Shown in pieces: positions 36,722-46,897 of a stretch of 61,734 bases of DNA. Source of the DNA: a virus (taxonomy: Duplodnaviria > Heunggongvirae > Uroviricota > Caudoviricetes); IMG/VR virus record IMGVR_UViG_2529292751_000001, positions 1-61,734 of that record. One strand, written 5' to 3'. The translations under genes were made by a program, and so were the position numbers. Position 1 is the stretch's first letter, and every line of letters begins with the position of its first letter. The notes under the pieces are model-generated. The model was not told where the DNA came from, did not search any database, and saw only the letters and a list, made by a program, of their open reading frames with translations.

Positions 36722-37519
36722 ATGGCAGAAATTAATTTAATCAAAGAAGATGACTTACGAGTTGTAGCGGAGTTCAGAGAAGGATATGTAAACTTTATTA
36801 AAGAAGAAGAGAGAACAAGCGTTGTAACAGTTAGCTATGAGAATTTAAAATTCATCCTATCAGAAATTAAAGAAGGAACAATTGGCGTCAAAGATATTCG
36901 CAGAGGGTTGGAAGCAGAATTCTTGAAAGATGGAGTAAATCTTATAGGGCTAACAGAACATGTAACATTAAGCAGAAAACATATAGAATTAGTTTATAAC
37001 GAAGTTAGAAAGAGTGAGGGTATGCAAGAGGAAGATAATAAGCAAGATGAACTTGAAATTACTAAGCTCCAAGCCCAGAAAGAAATATTGCAAGAGCAAA
37101 TTCGAATTATGCATGCTAAGGAAAGAGAGCTAGAAGAAAAGATTCAAGAGCATCAAAATAGTATCGAGCGCAGAAAGTATAAAGGCAAGACATTCCATGA
37201 GTATTTTGACAGTATTGCAGGACATTACGAAGAAGATGGCTTTAAAATCCAAGTAGGTTCAGCATGGGATAGAACAATCTATATAACAGGCATGAACGGA
37301 GATTTTGAGCTTAATATAAGTACTCGATACGATGATAAAAAAGGATGGAGCTTAAAGGTTTCTAAGGACACTGGAGTTAGAGATTACTACAAAGAATATT
37401 TTGGACACGAAATTCCAAAGAATCACCAAAAGGTATATGATAAAATGACTGCTATTAAAAACAAGTATGGCAAGATGATTAAGGATGGTACTCTTGAGCC
37501 AAAAGATGCTTTAAAATGA
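36722..37519 (+). CDS. Hypothetical protein with central coiled coil
   Basis: 265 aa; promoter TTGACT-17-TATACT upstream. Confidence 0.7.
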   Translation: MAEINLIKEDDLRVVAEFREGYVNFIKEEERTSVVTVSYENLKFILSEIKEGTIGVKDIRRGLEAEFLKDGVNLIGLTEHVTLSRKHIELVYNEVRKSEGMQEEDNKQDELEITKLQAQKEILQEQIRIMHAKERELEEKIQEHQNSIERRKYKGKTFHEYFDSIAGHYEEDGFKIQVGSAWDRTIYITGMNGDFELNISTRYDDKKGWSLKVSKDTGVRDYYKEYFGHEIPKNHQKVYDKMTAIKNKYGKMIKDGTLEPKDALK

Positions 37520-37710
37520 GTGAACCATGGGAAGTATTCTATAATGAGATAAGCCCTCGTATCAAAGAAGTAGAGGGCTTAGAATTTAAAATGACTTGCT
37601 ATACGCCAAGAGATTGGGATGGTGTAGGAGTTGATACTAATAAAGGCATGATACATATCTTGAGTGACGGAACTGTAATTGACGAAAATAACTTATTAGG
37701 GGAGAGATAG
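37516..37710 (+). CDS. Hypothetical protein
   Basis: 64 aa, coupled to upstream gene. Confidence 0.6.
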   Translation: MSEPWEVFYNEISPRIKEVEGLEFKMTCYTPRDWDGVGVDTNKGMIHILSDGTVIDENNLLGER

Positions 37711-37712
37711 GC

Positions 37713-37955
37713 ATGGAAGGAATTACAATTGAAGAGGCTGTTGAGCTTCTAGAGGATGGTATGGAAGTAACGCTTGAATGTGACGGTTATGATTATGAAA
37801 TCGCACCTGCTGATGGATTTGTAGGTGGAGATGGTATGGAAGGCTTTATTAGCGTAGCGCTAGGGAATGTTGTCTATGATGGGGCAGAGCATGTATTAAA
37901 TGAATCAATTAAATTCTTAAAAGATAGCGGTAAAGACGTTACGATTAAAGCATAA
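37713..37955 (+). CDS. Hypothetical acidic protein
   Basis: 80 aa, GGGGAG RBS. Confidence 0.65.
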   Translation: MEGITIEEAVELLEDGMEVTLECDGYDYEIAPADGFVGGDGMEGFISVALGNVVYDGAEHVLNESIKFLKDSGKDVTIKA

Positions 37956-37972
37956 TAGGGAGGCTCTTTTAA

Positions 37973-38272
37973 ATGAAAGAGTTATTCATTGTGGATGTTA
38001 AAAAACTAAAAGATTATAAAATAATTGGTTTTGAACAAGAAGAAGTAAGGGGAAAGGAAGCGTGTTCACATTGTGGAACAGCTATTAAAAATATATTTAT
38101 TGTATCAAATGGGGAAAATATTGTGAAATTGGGTTCTGAATGTGTAAAAAAGATTGCGGAGCAAACAAATGTAATAACATTAAAAGGAATTGAAAATGTT
38201 CCTAAAAAGTATCAAAGGTCAGTAAGGAGAAAGCTAACATTTGAAGAAATTGATGATTTGTTACCATTCTGA
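37973..38272 (+). CDS. Zn-binding hypothetical protein
   Basis: CSHCGTAIKN..LGSECVKK motif. Confidence 0.65.
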   Translation: MKELFIVDVKKLKDYKIIGFEQEEVRGKEACSHCGTAIKNIFIVSNGENIVKLGSECVKKIAEQTNVITLKGIENVPKKYQRSVRRKLTFEEIDDLLPF

Positions 38273-38338
38273 TATTTAATATTTAAAAACAGTATTTAAT
38301 ACAATTTGAATTTTGTACAGAAAGAAGGAATAAGAAAA

Positions 38339-38515
38339 ATGCATAAAGAGGATTACATTGAATGCCCGTATTGCAAACATATTCACACTTATTACCAAGA
38401 TTATTTAGAGGTCGGTGATATGGCGGGAGAATTCAATATGAAGTGCGAAAAGTGCAAGGAGTTGTTTGATGTTGAATTCTATAGCATTTTTTGGTTTGAG
38501 ACAAAAAAGAAATAG
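38339..38515 (+). CDS. Small Zn-ribbon protein
   Basis: CPYC..CEKC; start refined to ATG 38339. Confidence 0.65.
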   Translation: MHKEDYIECPYCKHIHTYYQDYLEVGDMAGEFNMKCEKCKELFDVEFYSIFWFETKKK

Positions 38516-38580
38516 TGAAACTGAATAAAAGCATTATTGTAATAGTTAATAATATCGGACTTTTATTAGGAGGTAGTAAA

Positions 38581-38718
38581 ATGGAAATCACAAAGAAGAT
38601 TTGCCCCAAATGCAATTACTATATGGATATAGACGCGAAGGTTTGCTTGGGTTGCAGAAATCGTGGAGAACTCAAGAAGATAAAGGAGTCGATGGATAAT
38701 GCAAGTAAAAATAACTAA
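38581..38718 (+). CDS. Small Zn-ribbon protein
   Basis: CPKC..CLGC; start refined after AGGAGG. Confidence 0.6.
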   Translation: MEITKKICPKCNYYMDIDAKVCLGCRNRGELKKIKESMDNASKNN

Positions 38719-38941
38719 GCCACAGGTCAAGAAGCTTCTGGAGAAAAATGGAGAGGTGACACTAGACCTATTTGAAAGAGGTAAAGACCCAAATTATTTT
38801 ATGACCGCTATATATCAAGTTACTATAAAAGATATAAATGAAATAGAGGGTAGAGTATCAGATGGTTTCAAGGACTTCTCTGGTCATAGAAACTTTAGTA
38901 TGTCTATCTGGAAAGATGAGGAGGGAACAGAAAATGAGTAA
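38699..38941 (+). CDS. Hypothetical protein
   Basis: 80 aa, AAGGAG RBS. Confidence 0.6.
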   Translation: MQVKITKPQVKKLLEKNGEVTLDLFERGKDPNYFMTAIYQVTIKDINEIEGRVSDGFKDFSGHRNFSMSIWKDEEGTENE

Positions 38942-39269
38942 TATTCACGATTCAAAAAGAAGACCAGAAGTTGGCGTTAAAGATATGGAGAAGTACGAAT
39001 TTGGTGGACTTGAGGTTGAAGAACGTCTAACAAATGGATATTTAATGTACGTTCCCTATGGGATTCATTGTGATATTTTCGAGTCAATTGAAGTTGGCAT
39101 TCGTTTGATGTCTAAAAGAATTGAAGAGTTAAACAAAACTCTTGATGAGATTACAGATGATGCAGGCGTCAACCCATCTGTAAAGAGATTGCTTAAAGAG
39201 CAGGTAGATGACATGAAGAGACATTTACATGTGTTAGAGAAGATTTCTCCAATCAAACATGAGATATAA
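38934..39269 (+). CDS. Hypothetical protein
   Basis: Start refined to MSNIHDS after GAGGAGG. Confidence 0.65.
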   Translation: MSNIHDSKRRPEVGVKDMEKYEFGGLEVEERLTNGYLMYVPYGIHCDIFESIEVGIRLMSKRIEELNKTLDEITDDAGVNPSVKRLLKEQVDDMKRHLHVLEKISPIKHEI

Positions 39270-39348
39270 ACAAATTTATTGATATATAGGCTATAAACTA
39301 TTAAACTGTATGAATGGATTAATAAATTTAACAATTTGGAGGAACAGA

Positions 39349-39660
39349 ATGAAGAAGTGGACAATTTGGGGAATTATTTTCTACATCCATTCAGCAGTAT
39401 TACTTTGCTTAGGATTTGATAGACTCGGAGGATATCAAAATTCTGAAGTGTATACAGATACTAATAAATACGCTTATGTTGGTGGAGATGCGTATAATTA
39501 CATAATCAATACCAATGTGCTTACAGGTTATTTTGTTCTTAGTGCATCATTCTTTATAGCAGGAACAATGTTAATCGCTACAGGTTCAATTCTAAGAGCC
39601 ATCAAAGGCAATCAAGAGAGCGTTAAACAGGTTTCCAGTGCTGTAAGCATAGATAAGTAA
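39349..39660 (+). CDS. Two-TM membrane protein
   Basis: Two hydrophobic helices flanking YAYVGGDAYNYIIN; start refined after GGAGG. Confidence 0.7.
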   Translation: MKKWTIWGIIFYIHSAVLLCLGFDRLGGYQNSEVYTDTNKYAYVGGDAYNYIINTNVLTGYFVLSASFFIAGTMLIATGSILRAIKGNQESVKQVSSAVSIDK

Positions 39661-39776
39661 CGAAACGTTACAATGGGCTAATAAATAGCTCGTTGTAGTT
39701 CTTAATCAAACAAAAGATTTGCATAGAAACAGAATAAGTGTTACAATAACCTCTAATAGAGAGGTGTTAGTGACTT

Positions 39777-40034
39777 ATGCACATAAACGAAGATAAGGAA
39801 AATTTTCGTAATAGCAGAAAGCAGAATTGGGATACAGCAGACTATGTTGAACATAGAGGTATGTATGATGTTATAGCAGGTATAAGAGTTATCGTAGCTC
39901 TAGCATTAATTCTAGGAATTCCATTCTTACTATTTGCGTTTATGGAATCTATTAAAGGTATGCTTATCTTGGGAGGAATATATGCTGTATTACACTTTGC
40001 GTGTTGGGCATTGAAAAGAGATTTCTTCGGTTAA
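39777..40034 (+). CDS. Small two-TM membrane protein
   Basis: Hydrophobic C-terminal half; motif promoter TTGCAT-17-TACAAT. Confidence 0.65.
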   Translation: MHINEDKENFRNSRKQNWDTADYVEHRGMYDVIAGIRVIVALALILGIPFLLFAFMESIKGMLILGGIYAVLHFACWALKRDFFG

Positions 40035-40128
40035 TAAGAAAAGGTTGACAGCCTTTTTTTATGGTGATATGATGTGTAGGTGAGTCACTGACACACTTAA
40101 TTACGTATGGCATAAAGGAGAGAACGAT

Positions 40129-40698
40129 ATGAACGATGTAAAGAAAATCATTGAAGATGCAATTGAGTATGCAGAGAATAATATGGACAATAAAGGCATA
40201 AGATTCGAAGAAGGATATAATCTTGAGGTAGGGAATTTTAAGAGACTATCTATCATAAACCCTTCTTCATCTGAGTTAGTAGAAGTTGCTGGTGCAAGAT
40301 TCAATTCTCTATTCGATAAAAAAGCAGACCTAGAAGAAGCAGGTGAAAGTGGAGATGAAGTATTGTATCTAGAGGGTAGATATGAGTTTTACAGCAAATT
40401 TATAACTCAATTTAAAAAATGGCTGAAAGAACAAGATTTAGAAACAAAAGTTAGATACGGAAAAGGAGAGCTTCTAAATATAAAAGATAACGCTGTAGCG
40501 AGAAATGTGGATGCAGAGGCGCGACTTATGTTTGCTCTAACTGAATACACCCTAGAATCGTTTAGAGAGGATGACAAGGGGAATATTATATCCGTAAGTG
40601 TTAAGAAGAGCCTTAGCGAAGATGAGACCAAATCTATGAAATTAGAAGAGTTTGATATGTTGTTCGATTTCGATTGGCTGTATTATCCCGAAGTGTAA
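40129..40698 (+). CDS. Hypothetical protein
   Basis: 189 aa, AAAGGAG RBS. Confidence 0.7.
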   Translation: MNDVKKIIEDAIEYAENNMDNKGIRFEEGYNLEVGNFKRLSIINPSSSELVEVAGARFNSLFDKKADLEEAGESGDEVLYLEGRYEFYSKFITQFKKWLKEQDLETKVRYGKGELLNIKDNAVARNVDAEARLMFALTEYTLESFREDDKGNIISVSVKKSLSEDETKSMKLEEFDMLFDFDWLYYPEV

Positions 40699-40727
40699 AT
40701 GAAGCTTGATTTATTTCAAGCTTTCTA

Positions 40728-40756
40728 TTGACCTTTTAGTGATATAGTGTTACACT
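40728..40756 (+). promoter_or_regulatory. sigmaA promoter overlapped by GTGTTACAC operator
   Basis: TTGACC-17-TACACT; GTGTTACAC at 40747-40755. Confidence 0.7.
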
Positions 40757-40781
40757 AACACACGTAGTAATCGATAAGGAG

Positions 40782-41810
40782 ATGTTCTATATGATGGCAC
40801 AAGTAGTTGAATTAAATGATTCTGAAGCGGTAAATTTACATGATTTTAAAATTTACAATATCTTTCAATCCTTTATAGGAGCGCATGCGATGAACTCAGA
40901 ACGTACAGCAGGAGAATATCGTAGCAGAATTACAGAATTCTTCTATATTGTATTAAAGAAACCTGTCCAACTAGTTAAGGAAGAAGACGTTGTAAATATT
41001 GAAAGATTAGATATTCAGAATTATATTAGCAAGTTACTGGAAAACGGAAATTCTAAAAAGACTATAAAGACTAAGCTCAATAGTGTATCTAGTTTTTATA
41101 GTGAAATGATGAAGAACAAGATATTGTTAAATCCATCGATTCTAAGAGTCAATATGAAGACGACAACAAAACATCATGATTCATTATCATTCCATGAGTT
41201 AGAAGAACTATATGAATTCATGGAAGGCGAAAAGGAATTGTCTTTGGAAAAGCGTCTCGTAACGAAGTTTTTTGCTACAACAGCAAATCGTAGGAGTGTT
41301 ACATTCAATATGACTTGGGATAACATCACACAAAAGACAGATGTTGTGACAGGTAGAAAAGTGTGGGTAGTAACAGTAATAGCAAAAGGTGTGAAAGAAT
41401 CAGAGAAGCCAATCTCAGATGAATTCTATGAGGAATTGCAACAGTTGAATAATGGACAAGATAAAGTATTTAACCTATCCTCTAGAACGTATGAGAGAGC
41501 CTTAGAGAGATTTTCTAAGCAGTTGGGCAGGAAAGTTACTATCCATGGATTAAAGGCTACAGCAGTTACTATAGGATATCAGATGACGAAGGATATTAAC
41601 CTTTGCAAGCAATTAGCCGACCATGAAGATATTTCAACAACAGGAATCTATCTAAAAGAAGAGAAGTCTTATACCAATCAGCTCAGCTATAATATGAGTA
41701 GGAAGCTAGATGACTCTATTTTGAAAGATATGAGCAAAGAAGAATTATTGAGTTTTCTAGAGAGTAATGAGGATATCAAGAATTCAATCTTAATGAGATT
41801 GGGTGTGTAG
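40782..41810 (+). CDS. Tyrosine recombinase (XerC/D-like)
   Basis: SAM-like N-terminus; R (TANRRS), K (AKG), HGLK (HxxK variant), LADH and TTGIY catalytic positions. Confidence 0.85.
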   Translation: MFYMMAQVVELNDSEAVNLHDFKIYNIFQSFIGAHAMNSERTAGEYRSRITEFFYIVLKKPVQLVKEEDVVNIERLDIQNYISKLLENGNSKKTIKTKLNSVSSFYSEMMKNKILLNPSILRVNMKTTTKHHDSLSFHELEELYEFMEGEKELSLEKRLVTKFFATTANRRSVTFNMTWDNITQKTDVVTGRKVWVVTVIAKGVKESEKPISDEFYEELQQLNNGQDKVFNLSSRTYERALERFSKQLGRKVTIHGLKATAVTIGYQMTKDINLCKQLADHEDISTTGIYLKEEKSYTNQLSYNMSRKLDDSILKDMSKEELLSFLESNEDIKNSILMRLGV

Positions 41811-41886
41811 CCTAATCTCAGGGTTGACACCATTAAGCAAAAGTATTACAATATCCTTCGTTAAGCATTTTGTTAGAGGGGATGAG

Positions 41887-42141
41887 ATGGTGTATCTATT
41901 AGAATTTCACTTTCCTTATACGAAAGAGACTGTTCCAAAGGCTCTTATTGATTCGCAGGAATTATTAAATCATCTTACTATGCTATTACGATTAGAATTA
42001 AATAAAAGTGGACTAGACAGGCATATATGTCTTGTCACATCTGATTCTGACAGTTTGTATGATATATTTACAATCAAAAAAGAAGCTGATGTAATTATGT
42101 TCATTTTCCAATTCAAGAAACAATATTGTCTTCTCAGATGA
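41887..42141 (+). CDS. Hypothetical protein
   Basis: Start refined to MVYLLEF after GAGGGG. Confidence 0.55.
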   Translation: MVYLLEFHFPYTKETVPKALIDSQELLNHLTMLLRLELNKSGLDRHICLVTSDSDSLYDIFTIKKEADVIMFIFQFKKQYCLLR

Positions 42142-42362
42142 TATATTAGACAAATCGTTTGAAAATAGTTGAATTAAAAGCTGTTTTCGTTTATAATTTA
42201 ATTTAAGCAAAAGATTTGCAGAAAATATGTGAAATCAGCATGAATTTTCTGGATTCACATATTCAATTAAACGAACTAACCAATCGTTTTAAAAAACTTA
42301 GGAGGTTTTTACATTGAATCAATCTATTACTAAGCACATAATAAGGAAGGAAGTAATCAAAA

Positions 42363-42791
42363 ATGAGAGATATTTTAAATTTACAGGCTTTAAAACATAG
42401 CAAAAATAGAAAGCACAATAAAATTTATGAAAAGGCGCATCGCATCATGTCAGAAGGATATGAGACCCCAGAGCTTACAGACGATGAGGTTATGAATATT
42501 GCAAAAGGCTTTAAAATGCTTGATGTCACAGTGTTAATTAATGGAGACATAAGAGTGATTAGTAAGAAAGATACTTGGATGATTAGAGATGAAGGCAGGT
42601 TCTATACGCTATATCATAAGGGATTCACTTTTACAAAAGAGAGAATGAAGGAATCTTATCACGTTCAAGATGTGTTCTATGACATAAACTATATTTTTGC
42701 AAGCATCGTTAGCCACGATGATTACGCTCTTGGAATAAAATGTCGAAAGCCATCTGATTTGCTAAAAATTGTCGAATCATGTCGAAATTAA
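42363..42791 (+). CDS. Hypothetical protein
   Basis: 142 aa, AAGGAAGG RBS. Confidence 0.7.
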   Translation: MRDILNLQALKHSKNRKHNKIYEKAHRIMSEGYETPELTDDEVMNIAKGFKMLDVTVLINGDIRVISKKDTWMIRDEGRFYTLYHKGFTFTKERMKESYHVQDVFYDINYIFASIVSHDDYALGIKCRKPSDLLKIVESCRN

Positions 42792-42839
42792 CATGATTTG
42801 GACAGATTATCCTGTAAGTAACTTGCAAAACTTGTCGAA
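42741..42839 (+). promoter_or_regulatory. Cluster of four perfect Spo0A boxes (TGTCGAA)
   Basis: At 42741, 42770, 42780 and 42833, upstream of promoter TTGCAA-17-TACAAT (42891-42919). Confidence 0.7.
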
Positions 42840-43005
42840 ATTAACTGGGTAAATAATCCAAAATTCTTAAAAGAAATTATTGAAAACCCCTTGCAATCCT
42901 TAAGCTAATGTATTACAATCTACCTATAAGGTTAACTAAAACGTTATATAGGAAAATAATAATATATTTAATAAATAAGATATAATAATAAAAGGGGCGT
43001 TCAAA

Positions 43006-44211
43006 ATGACTAAAATTATAATCTCAGACAAACTACGACAAGAATTGGATGGTCTACTAGATGCTATTAATCATCCTATGTTAAGGGAATCAAGAAATCA
43101 TTTCGAAAATAAATTATCTCAAAGTGTTGATTCTAATAAGATTAAGTCGATTCTAGATAAGGAAGAAACTATTGATATTTTAGATAAAGATGAGGCTATT
43201 GCTTTCTTTGAAAGTCTAAGAATACATTTTAAGAAAGATGCGTTTAGCTCAGATAATATTAAGTTTGTTGAAGATTCTTCAGATACTAAAAAGGGATTAT
43301 ATAATGAAGACTTTAAAGAGGCATATCTTGATAAATATAAAGATAACACTAGAAGAGTTAAACGAATTATCTTTGAGAAATCTAGAGCTTTAGAATTAAC
43401 ATATGGTAAAGATTTATATGATTTCAACTTTGAACAATTAGAAGAAGTTTTACGTAGTCTTAAAGCAAGTACTGTAAGGAGTTTACAAAACAGCGTTGCT
43501 ACTATTGCTCAATACACTAAATTTGCTATTAAACATAAGAAGAAAAGTGACAAGATTAATTATATTGATGGTTTCACAAAGGATAGAATTGAACAATATC
43601 TAGACAAAGAGAAGGAAGAGAATATGATTTTCCCTAAAGAGGAGATTATGTCAATCGCAAATGATGCAGACAATCCTCAAGATGGAGTTATCCTTGCTTT
43701 AATTTTTGATGGAGTGAGTAATAAAAATGAGTTTGAGGAATTAATTAATTTAACTGAAAATGATGTTGATTTTGACGACAAAGTTATCCGACTTGAAGAT
43801 AGGGAAGTTCCTATTAGTGAAGATACTTATACTTTAGTTAAAGGTGCTATTAATGAGCCTAAATATCAAAGTGTTACTGGAGGAAGAACTCGCGAATATA
43901 AATTAGCTGACAGCGAATACATCTTGCGTGGTCTAAGAGATAACAAGCAAATCAAATGGCAAAATATTAGTCAGCGCATTATCAGACTTGCTGAACAATT
44001 TGGTTGGGAGAAGACTCTGACAGCAACTAACGTTTCTTATAGTGGTCAATTGTATATGGCTGAGGAATTAATTAATGGGCAGGGTATGGATATCGATACA
44101 GCAATCTCTGTAATAATAAAAAGATTCGGAATAAACGACAACCCATCAGCACACTTTTACTTAAAAGAAAGAATCGAAAAATATCTAGATTTAAAAAATA
44201 AGAGCGAATAA
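43006..44211 (+). CDS. MrpR-like lytic-cycle repressor (recombinase fold) with N-terminal extension
   Basis: LYNEDFKEAYL..IFEKS..YGKDLYDF..LALIFDG pattern recalls SPbeta MrpR/YopR; about 75-aa extra N-terminus; recognised from memory, not by search. Confidence 0.75.
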   Translation: MTKIIISDKLRQELDGLLDAINHPMLRESRNHFENKLSQSVDSNKIKSILDKEETIDILDKDEAIAFFESLRIHFKKDAFSSDNIKFVEDSSDTKKGLYNEDFKEAYLDKYKDNTRRVKRIIFEKSRALELTYGKDLYDFNFEQLEEVLRSLKASTVRSLQNSVATIAQYTKFAIKHKKKSDKINYIDGFTKDRIEQYLDKEKEENMIFPKEEIMSIANDADNPQDGVILALIFDGVSNKNEFEELINLTENDVDFDDKVIRLEDREVPISEDTYTLVKGAINEPKYQSVTGGRTREYKLADSEYILRGLRDNKQIKWQNISQRIIRLAEQFGWEKTLTATNVSYSGQLYMAEELINGQGMDIDTAISVIIKRFGINDNPSAHFYLKERIEKYLDLKNKSE

Positions 44212-44693
44212 ATACATCATATAGAAAATAATTGTATTCACATAAAAATAGTCGTATTAAATAAAAAAGTAGCATAAATAGTAGAAGATAATAATAATTA
44301 TTAATAAATGTAATATATTTATATACAAAACACGCATGTAATATTTAACCATTTAGTTTTTTAAGAAAAGGTATTGCAAAGAATGTAATATTAATGTTAT
44401 ATTCTTTCTTGCAACCAATTTTATATTTAAACCTTTATAAAGAAAGTTTAGTCATATGAAACTTTTATTCATTTTAGTGATTCTTCAAAATCAGCTTGAG
44501 CGCCAAAATATAACACAAGGCGAGCATCAAGCTGATTATATAAGACCTCTAAAGAGAAAGTATTACAAAACTCCATATTAACTTCACATTTTCTTTATAA
44601 ATTTCATGTTTTTATATTGCGTATCACATTGATGCGAGAAAAATTATAGTTCTAACATAGCCAACATTAGACATTATAGGAGGAATAGAAAGC

Positions 44694-45176
44694 ATGCGAC
44701 TATGCCATACATCAATAACAATGGAAAGTTTATCTACGATGAAAGGGTTCAATGAATTGACTCAAGGAGAAGAGCGTATTGAAAACATGTTGTTAGATAA
44801 TTGCCTTAAGCTTCGTGGTCAAAACGTTGGATTCAAGAAGACGCGAACGGATGTTGTAACAAATGAATTTAGCAGAAATACGTTAGAAGACTTTGTGAAT
44901 ATGGCAGTAACAGATTGCCACACTAACGAATTCCTGCTCATGGGTATGAGAACGCAGGCTGAAAGAATTATTCGATACGAAGTTCCAATTAACTGGGTCG
45001 AAGACTTCGCAGAGACGGCTAAAACTGCTGTTGCCCAGTTCGGATTTGAAGAAACATGCAATGGCATAGAAAGATATTTTACATGCGGAACGTTAGGAAC
45101 GGTGAAAAGTACATATAAAGTAGCTCGAAAATACTTAGATGAGGGGGTGATTCCCGTTGAATCAAGACCAAATTAA
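44694..45176 (+). CDS. Hypothetical protein
   Basis: 160 aa, AGGAGG RBS. Confidence 0.7.
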   Translation: MRLCHTSITMESLSTMKGFNELTQGEERIENMLLDNCLKLRGQNVGFKKTRTDVVTNEFSRNTLEDFVNMAVTDCHTNEFLLMGMRTQAERIIRYEVPINWVEDFAETAKTAVAQFGFEETCNGIERYFTCGTLGTVKSTYKVARKYLDEGVIPVESRPN

Positions 45177-45426
45177 TAGTGATGACATGCAGAAGCTTGA
45201 TGAGATTCAAGATTTAATTGAGGAAAGCGAATTAAAAATCCAAGAAGTAATTTCTTTAAAGATGTTAGAGGTCGGAAGACCTGACGAAATAGACACTCTG
45301 ATGAAGAATATGGACAAAATGATTAGCATTGCCGAATCAATTGAAAGTCTCGACACCAAGACAATAGCGGAAGAAAATATTAAGTTTTATGACAACACGC
45401 TTCATGAAAAGATGAAGCAAATATAA
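45157..45426 (+). CDS. Hypothetical helical protein
   Basis: 89 aa, TTG start after GAGGGGGTG. Confidence 0.65.
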   Translation: MNQDQINSDDMQKLDEIQDLIEESELKIQEVISLKMLEVGRPDEIDTLMKNMDKMISIAESIESLDTKTIAEENIKFYDNTLHEKMKQI

Positions 45427-45443
45427 AATACGGAGGGGAAAAT

Positions 45444-46787
45444 ATGTTAGAAGTAGTGAGTATTTTAAATGAAATCGGCTCTACCACAAAAAAGAAAGAA
45501 AAAGAAGAGATTCTCTCGCGAAACAGGGGGAATCAGCTTCTGCGAGATATACTATTTTTCATTTACAACCCCTATATTAAAACAAATATAGCCCAGAAAA
45601 AACTTTCTAAAAAAGTTAAGAAAGATGCTATTACTTTTTATCCAACAAATTTAAGTGTATATGACTTCATGAAACGACTGGAAGAGGGAAGTGGCAAAGA
45701 TGATGACATCGCGTTCGCTCAGTATTTCATAGAAAATAGTCCAGAAGAATGTCGATGGTTGTTAGAAGCTATGGCTATTAAAAATCTGAAAATTGGGATA
45801 ACTGGAGTTACAATCAACAAGGCGTTTGAAGAAACATTTATCCCTCAGTTTGACATTATGCTTGCTGACAAGTGGATTGATGTGTTGAATAAGACGAACA
45901 GTAAAACTGGTGAAAAGACTACTAAGATTATCGAAAATTGGAAGCTCTTCATTGGCAAAAGAGTTATTGCAACAAGAAAGCTTGATGGCAATAGATGCGT
46001 GGTCTTTAACAAAGAAGATGGTGTGAAGATTTATTCTCGTGAAGGTCATCCTATGATTGGCTTTATTGAAATTGAAGAAGCGTTTAAGCAGTTTCCTGTA
46101 GGACAGGTATACGATGGTGAGTTACTGGCGATAAATGAAGAGGGACTCAATTCACACGACCTATATAAGAAAACATCTAAGATTGTCAAAAGAAAAGGTG
46201 AAAAAGTTGGTCTTGAGTTCCATGGATTTGATGTATTACCTATTGAAAAGTTTAATGAAGGTGGATTTGAAATCGAATGTGAAAAGAGGAAATTGGTTCT
46301 AAAAACACTTATTGAACGAGAGAAGCATCCCCTAGTAAAAAATGTGGATATTTTATACGTAGGTGAATTTGATAAGGAATTGCTAGAAGAGCTTGCTGAG
46401 AGAGAAAAGGAAAATGGAGAAGAAGGCATTATGGTTCAACTCGCTGAAGCTCCATACGAATGTAAGCGCACCAAGAAGATTCTAAAAGTAAAGGCTTTCG
46501 AATCGGCAGATATTCGATGCATTGATATTTACGAAGGCAAAGAAGCGAGTACAAAAAATAAACTTGGCGGTCTGGTTTTAGATTTCAAGGGATTCCCAGT
46601 TAATGTTGGTGGAGGATACTCACAGTTAGAACGAGAAGAATATTGGAAAAACCCAAAATTGGTATTAGGCAAAATTATCGAAATTAAGTATTTTGAAGAG
46701 TTTGTAGAAGAAGATGGAAGCCTAGATTTGCGATTTGCTACATTTAAAACAGTGCGTGAAGATAAGACAGAGCCTAGTTATTATTGA
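45444..46787 (+). CDS. ATP-dependent DNA ligase
   Basis: KLDGNR motif I, YDGEL motif III, EGIMV motif IV, ILKVK motif V, OB domain ending LRFATF. Confidence 0.93.
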   Translation: MLEVVSILNEIGSTTKKKEKEEILSRNRGNQLLRDILFFIYNPYIKTNIAQKKLSKKVKKDAITFYPTNLSVYDFMKRLEEGSGKDDDIAFAQYFIENSPEECRWLLEAMAIKNLKIGITGVTINKAFEETFIPQFDIMLADKWIDVLNKTNSKTGEKTTKIIENWKLFIGKRVIATRKLDGNRCVVFNKEDGVKIYSREGHPMIGFIEIEEAFKQFPVGQVYDGELLAINEEGLNSHDLYKKTSKIVKRKGEKVGLEFHGFDVLPIEKFNEGGFEIECEKRKLVLKTLIEREKHPLVKNVDILYVGEFDKELLEELAEREKENGEEGIMVQLAEAPYECKRTKKILKVKAFESADIRCIDIYEGKEASTKNKLGGLVLDFKGFPVNVGGGYSQLEREEYWKNPKLVLGKIIEIKYFEEFVEEDGSLDLRFATFKTVREDKTEPSYY

Positions 46788-46897
46788 GATTTAAAGATGA
46801 AATAATCTAATCTCAATTGTAATAATTCTGTAATACAAAAGTATTGCAGGGTGTGATATACTTCAATGGTAGCAAAAAATCGAAGGGATTTGGTATT

